The notes under the pieces were generated by a model that saw nothing but the letters and a program-made list of their open reading frames with translations, was not told the origin of the DNA and searched no databases. A program made the translations under genes and the position numbers. Below are positions 60,560 to 64,000 of a stretch of DNA of 64,000 nt, one piece after another; positions within the stretch are counted from its first letter, which is position 1; each line of letters starts with the position of its first letter. The DNA is from Eledone cirrhosa (taxonomy: Eukaryota). The DNA lies in NCBI GenBank assembly GCA_964016885.1, contig OZ024760.1:16988001-17052000 (forward strand). Direction: 5' to 3'.

Positions 60560-60677
60560 ACTATGGAGATATAAAAGATGCAGATGCAAAAACCAACCCA
60601 AACCAAACAGTGAGTGTGTTCTGTTATTATTTCTGGCAATATTATAACAATATGACCCTCCCAAAATATAACAATAT
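60560..60677 (+). mobile_element. Family A solo short-end arm, close to the full-length PLE
   Basis: aaccaaacagtgagtgtgttctgttatta.ttctggcaatatta...ATGACCCTCCCAAAATATAACAATAT, then (TA)n. Matches 4538-4618. Confidence 0.85.
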
Positions 60678-60697
60678 ATATATATATATATATACAG

Positions 60698-60728
<31 letters not shown>

Positions 60729-60737
60729 GTATATATA

Positions 60738-60782
<45 letters not shown>

Positions 60783-61254
60783 AATGTATATATAGTGTAT
60801 TTGGTAATACACTGTATGCTTAATCAAAAGCATTTTGAAGACCTTACGCTATTGTTTTAAAATAGTGACTATGTCACTTCTTTTTTCAACAAATATAGTA
60901 TATATTGTATATATATATATTATATATATATATAGTATATATATATATTATATATATACCATATATATATATATGTCTCTGTAATGATTATTTTTTTGAT
61001 GCATGCGCAATGATATATTAAAAAAAATCGAAACCAAGTACAACTCCAAACAACAGACCATGTGTAAACACAAACTGTTAAATAATCTCGCTTACTTAAA
61101 GATGTGTGTAGTTGTCTGTTTAACTTTATGTAACATTCTCTCCGTTTATCTATATTTATGTATTCTTACTGTTGTTGTTGTTATACCAGACTTTAATCTT
61201 AGCCAAAGGCCAAGAAGTGACTGTTATTGTATTACTAAAAGTCTAAAGTCTGTC

Positions 61255-61815
61255 TTAAGGCTCATTTGGCCGCTACTTATCCCAGTTTCATGACATGAAG
61301 CAACTGAGAGTACAAGACTCCCCCTGGACATGACACCAGTCCATCGCAGGGTTAAACCCCCAGCTATTGCCAGTGCTTATCCCAGTTTCATGACATGAAG
61401 CGACTGAGAGTACAAGACTCCCCCTGGACATGACACCAGTCCATCGCAGGGTTAAACCCCCAGCTATTGCCAGTGCTTATCCCAGTTTCATGACATGAAG
61501 CGACTGAGAGTACAAGACTCCCCCTGGACATGACACCAGTCCATCGCAGGGTTAAACCCCCAGCTATTGCCAGTGCTTATCCCAGTTTCATGACATGAAG
61601 CGACTGAGAGTACAAGACTCCCCCTGGACAGGACACCAGTCTATCACAGGGTTAAACCCCCAGTACTATTGCTGGTACTCATTTACAGCTGTGTATACTG
61701 GAGCAATGTGAAATGAAGTGTTTTGCTCAAGAACACAACACAGCACACAACCCAGAAATTGAACCCACAACAATATAATTGTAAGTCCAACACCCTTACC
61801 ACTAGGCCACGTGTC
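61255..61815 (-). mobile_element. tRNA-derived SINE with an internal 100-bp tandem expansion (about 4 copies, 61276-61663)
   Basis: The - strand has A-box TGGCCTAGTGG and B-box GGTTCAATT. cttatcccag occurs at 61276, 61376, 61476 and 61576. Confidence 0.8.
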
Positions 61816-62064
61816 TCCAAGTATTACAAGTGGGGGGGAAATACCAAAAAAATATACACACATGCATTCGAAGGTGGAGCCTGTACATGGCTGTTGAATC
61901 TGTTAGAAATAGCAGCCAAATGGCAGCCTATTATCTATATGTATACAGTGTATATGGATGTATTACCAATGATATAGTAAACTTTACCATTATTCAATGA
62001 CATAAATACATTGTCTATAAATATTTACTATTAATGACATCAATAATTGCTAATATTTACTGAC

Positions 62065-63215
<1,151 letters not shown>

Positions 63216-63221
63216 CATTTA

Positions 63222-63402
63222 TATAGAACTGTTTCATTCAAAGGAGATCATTAGGAAAAGCCCTTTTCCTGATGATTTCCTTCGAATGAAACAGTTCTAG
63301 ACCTGTAGAAGCCATTTCTATATTAAATTTTGTTGTATACACTCTACTAGTGTATTGAGTACCTTACTTGCTGTGGTTACCCCCGATTGAACCTAAGACT
63401 CT
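63222..63402. mobile_element. Family C insert: short (-) and long (+) arms. Other fragments at 32226-32285, 39937-39980, 45298-45368
   Basis: Palindrome centred near 63261. The + arm reads CUGAUGA-UUUC(cuuc)GAAU-GAAACAGUUC, then ctagacctgtagaagccatttctatattaaa...cactctactagtgtattgagtac. Confidence 0.7.
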
Positions 63403-63516
<114 letters not shown>

Positions 63517-63601
63517 TATATATATATATATACACACACACATATATATATATATACACACACACATACATATATATATATATACACATATATATATATA
63601 T

Positions 63602-63724
<123 letters not shown>

Positions 63725-63869
63725 CACATACATACATATTGTCTATATACATCTACTATCAATGAAGTATCAATCACGACTGATATTGTAACCCACACAT
63801 TTATATACACTCTGTGTGTATATTTACTATTGATGACATTGCAATAACAGCTGATATTTCATATATATA

Positions 63870-63901
<32 letters not shown>

Positions 63902-63942
63902 CATTTTTATATATATATATATGTATGATATGCATATATATA

Positions 63943-64000
63943 TAACGAAGGAAATGTGGTAAGGAACCAGGTGGACCATAACGCACCAAAGTACTCAATA
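63943..64000 (-). mobile_element. Family B long-end arm, cut by the window edge
   Basis: Reverse complement of the tail at about 51717-51774. Confidence 0.85.

Overview
Eukaryotic, AT-rich, microsatellite-saturated genomic DNA. The SINE repertoire and repeat landscape suggest an octopus (inference). Left end: an apparently intact Penelope-like retroelement (PLE). Its minus-strand ORF starts at 3252 and runs off the window after at least 1084 codons, encoding an N-terminal domain, an Asn-rich insert, RT with YVDD, thumb and a Cys-rich linker. It is capped by a 605-bp inverted pseudo-LTR that carries the GIY-YIG C-terminus and a hammerhead-like motif. The host gene is the 5' part of an ANKDD1-like ankyrin-repeat gene on the + strand, with two candidate alternative first exons (18598-18688, 35927-36071) and a shared exon (59480-59583). 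Most interesting signal: several families of small PLE-type inserts sit in (TA)n tracts and most carry hammerhead motifs, including two full-size type I folds (16000-16090, 26014-26118). Wherever two arms are paired head-to-head, one ends at a fixed short 3' site and the other at a fixed long 3' site (10 of 10 pairs seen). Also present: SINEs, RTE/CR1/R4-like LINE remnants, MITEs, a Helitron-like element, and many minisatellites that expanded inside retroelements. Most listed ORFs are microsatellite artefacts. All calls were made by eye, without database searches.
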